From: Isurus oxyrinchus | Lineage: Eukaryota | DNA: 64,000 nucleotides | Reading direction: 5' to 3' | Assembly (NCBI GenBank): GCA_026770705.1 | Contig: JANJGN010000002.1 | Location: 26,102,001-26,166,000 of the forward strand | In this document: positions 60,968-64,000 of the stretch, one piece after another | How the letters are laid out: the number at the start of each line of letters is the position of its first letter | How positions within the stretch are numbered: the first letter of the stretch is position 1 | Notes under the pieces: generated by a model | The model's database searches: none | The model's input: only the letters and a program-made list of their open reading frames with translations | What the model was told of the DNA's origin: nothing | Position numbers and translations under genes: made by a program

Positions 60968-62509
60968 CTTTTCTTCTCCGCCGATGCTGCCAGACCTGCT
61001 GAGTTTTTCCAGGTAATTCTGCGTTTGCTCCCTATCCACCCTGGCCATGCCCCTCATAATCTTGTACACCTCGATCAGGTCGCCCCTCAGTCTTCTCTGC
61101 TCCAACAAAAACAACCCAAGCCTATCCAACCTCTCTTCATAACTTAAATGTTTCATCCCAGGCAACATCCTGGTGAATTTCCTCTGCACCCCCTCCAGTG
61201 CAATCACATCCTTCCTATAATGTGGTGACCAGAACTGCATACAGTACTCCAGCTGTGGCCTCACCAAGGTTCTATACAATTCCAACATGACCTCCCTACT
61301 TTTGTAATCTATGCCTCGATTGATAAAGGCAAGTGTCCCATATGCCTTTTTCACCACCCCTCCACCTTCAGAGATTTATGGACACACACACCAAGGTCCC
61401 TTTGTTCCTCAGAACTTCCTAGTGTCATGCCCTTCATTGAATATTTCCTTGTCAAATTACTCCTTCCAAAGCATACCACCTCACACTTTTCAGGGTTAAA
61501 TTCCATCTGTTACTTATCTGCCCATTTGACCATCCCATCTATATCTTCCTGTAGCCCAAGACACTCAACCTCACTGTTAACCACCCGGCCTATCTTTGTG
61601 TCATCCGCAAACTTACTAATCATACTCCCAAATAGTCATCTATGTCGTTTATATAAATGGCAAATAATAGGGGACCGAGCACAGATCCCTGTGGTATGCC
61701 ACTGGACACTGGCTTCCAGTCACTAAAGCATCCTTCTATCATCACCCTCTGCCTCCTACAACTAAGCCAATTTTGAATCCACCTTATCAAATTACCCTGT
61801 ATCCCATGTGCCTTTGCCTTCTTTATAAGTCTTCCATGTGGGACCTTGTCAATGGCTTTGCTGAAATCCATATAAACTACATCAATTGCACTATCCTCAT
61901 CTAAACACCTGGTCACCTCAAAAAATTCAATCAAATTTGTTAGGCATAACCTCCCTCTGCCAAAGCCATGCTGACTATCCCTGATCAAATCTTGCCTCTC
62001 CAAGTGGAGTTGGATACTATCCTTCAGAAATTTCTCCAATAGTTTCCCTACCACTGATGTGAGACTCACTGGCCTGTAGTTCCCTGGTTTATCTCTACAA
62101 CCCTTCTTAAATAGTGGAACCACATTAGCTGTTCTCCAGTCCTCTGGCACCTCCCCCGTGGCCAGAGAGGAGTTAAAAATTTGGGTCAGAGCCCCTGCGA
62201 TTTCCTCCCTTGCCTCCCTCATCAGTCTGGACACAAATCATCTGGACCTGGATATTTGTCCACTTTTAAGCCTGTCAACACCTCCAATACCTTGTCACTC
62301 CCTATATCAATTTGCTTAAGAATCTCGCAGTCTCTCTCCCTGAATTCAATACCATCATTCTCATTCTCTTGGGTGAAGACGGACATGAAGTATTTATTCA
62401 ACACTCTAGTGATGTCCTCTGGCTCCACCCATAGATTGCCCCCTTGGTCCCTTATGGGCCCTACTCTTTCCCTGGTTATCCTCTTCCCATTGATATACTT
62501 ACAATATAC

Positions 62510-63056
62510 TTAAAGACTAGGCATTTTACAGCCTTCTGGACTGAATATTCAGTTCAGCAACTTTAGATCATGAACTCTCTCCTCCATCCCCACCCACTTT
62601 CCGATCCTCCTTTTTCCCATAATTTATATATATTTTTCTTTTCGCACCTATTTCCATTATTTTTAAATGTATTTCCATCCATTGTTTTATCTCTACCTTT
62701 TAGCTTATTTTGATCCCTTCCCCCCACCCTACCCCCACTAGACTATGTACCTTGCTTGTCCTGCTTTCTACCCTTAATGTCAGCATTAGCACATTTCTTA
62801 GCTAACATCACCACCATCAACACCTTTTTGTCCTTTTGTCTATGACATCTTTTGCCAATCTCCACCTATCACTGACCCTTTATCTAGCAAAAACTGTCCC
62901 ACCCCCCCCCCCCCCATAACCAGCTTATATTTTACCTCTTTTCTATTTTTCCTTAGCTCTGTTGAAGAGTCATACAGACTTGAAACATTAACTGTATTCC
63001 TCTCTGCAGATGCAATCAGACCTGCTGAGTTTTTCAAGGTATTTTTGTTTTTGTTT
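62510..63056 (+). mobile_element. PLE 3' fragment (CUGUUGA subfamily) within CR1
   Basis: ORF end RLGILQPSGLNIQFSNFRS*, PLE 3' UTR, and a decayed hammerhead at 62955-62993 (CTGTTGAAGAGTCATACAGACTTGAAACATTAAC). The tail matches the 41916-42154 element. Confidence 0.85.
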
Positions 63057-64000
63057 TAAACTGTACCATGTTTTGGTCACTATCACTAAAATACTCACCC
63101 ACCACCACCTCAGCCACCTGTCCAGCTTCATTCCCCAGAATTAGATCCAGCAATGCACCGTCCCTTGTTGGACCCTCTACATATTGACCTAAAAAGTTCT
63201 CCTGTACACATTTCAAGAAATCCACTCCATCCAAGCCCTTAACGCTATGTCTATCCCAATTAATGATGGGAAAGTTGAAATCACCTAATATAATTACCCT
63301 ATTGTTATTGTTTTTACACACCTCCACAAATTGTGCTCATATTTGCTCCTCAGTTTTCTGCTGGCTATCTGGGGGCCTATAATAAACACCTAACAATGTG
63401 GCTGTCCCTTTTTTATTCCTAAGCTCTATCCACAAAGCTTCATTCGATGCCCCCTGCAAGATATCATCTCTCCTTACTGCAGTAACTAACTCCTTAACTA
63501 ATAATGCAACGCCTCCTCCTCTTTTACCTCCTCCCCTGTCTTGCCTGAAGATTTTATATCCCGGAATGTTGAGCTGACAATCCTGCCCTTCCCTCAACCA
63601 CGTCACAGTGATAGCTACTATATCACAATTCCACATGTTAATCCTCACCCTTAACTCATCCGTTTTACCTGTAATACCCCTGGCATTAAAGTAGAGACCA
63701 TCCAGCCTTACTTCCTCCCTTGAAGATTATTGCAGCTGTACTCCCTTTGACTTGATTGTTTTACTGTATGTGTCCCTATTCTGCTAAAATTCTGTGTCCC
63801 CTTCCCCTGCCGAATTAGTTTAAACTCCTCCCAACAGCACTAGCAAACATGCCCGCAAGGCTGTTAGTCCCGCTCTGGTTCAGATGTAGACCGTCCCGCT
63901 TGTACAGGCCCCACCCTCCCCAGAAACGGTCCCAGTGATCCAGGAATCTAAAACCTTCCCTCCTGCACCAACTCTTAAGCCACGTATCCATCTGTGCTAT

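Larger units (their letters stand above)
58881..61025. mobile_element. Young PLE inserted as a head-to-head inverted structure (minus arm 58881-60218, plus arm 60218-61021)
   Basis: 13-bp TSD TGCTCCCTATCCA (58868-58880, 61026-61038). Nearly identical to the 21680-24630 element. Minus-arm ORF 59411-60220 encodes the linker and GIY-YIG. Confidence 0.95.
58543..64000 (-). mobile_element. Long CR1 LINE in kmo intron 1, interrupted by two PLE insertions, running off the window
   Basis: 3' tail near 58543-58600. RT ORFs 60962-61357 and 61620-62234 ([21 protein letters not shown]); APE ORFs 63034-63648 (GGGVALLVK, GDFNFP, SDQN). Upstream ORF1-like sequence continues to 64000. Confidence 0.93.

Noticed and set aside
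58881-61025. Assembly artefact or LTR retrotransposon as the explanation for the inverted duplication
   Set aside because: The arms carry distinct substitutions and different 3' endpoints, and one TSD flanks the unit. The repeats are inverted PLE sequence, not direct TG..CA LTRs. Long-read confirmation is still advisable.

Overview
This is vertebrate genomic DNA, most likely a cartilaginous fish (inferred from the repeat repertoire). The window holds the complete 10-exon fumarate hydratase gene (fh, minus strand, CDS 50547 to 20333, 1521 nt, 506 aa, all introns GT-AG). It also holds coding exon 1 of kynurenine 3-monooxygenase (kmo, plus strand, 57853-57927), head-to-head with fh as in human. 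Most of the rest is transposon-derived: CR1 and L2/CR1-group LINEs, Deu-domain and other tRNA-derived SINEs, PIF/Harbinger-type TIR elements, a pogo/Tigger MITE and a Ty3/Gypsy remnant. The most striking signal is a set of Penelope-like elements (PLEs) from at least two lineages. One carries an uninterrupted 811-codon RT + GIY-YIG frame. Seven insertions show an inverted, outward-facing 3'-end architecture, three with clean 11-14 bp target-site duplications. Together they scatter about a dozen minimal hammerhead-ribozyme motifs through fh and kmo introns and the intergenic region, and the youngest copies carry a non-canonical CUGUYGA core. Hammerheads in PLEs are established. The core variant, a duplicated half-core and possible effects on host pre-mRNA are untested inferences. 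All family assignments were made by eye from recalled motifs, without database searches, and repeat boundaries without a TSD are approximate.
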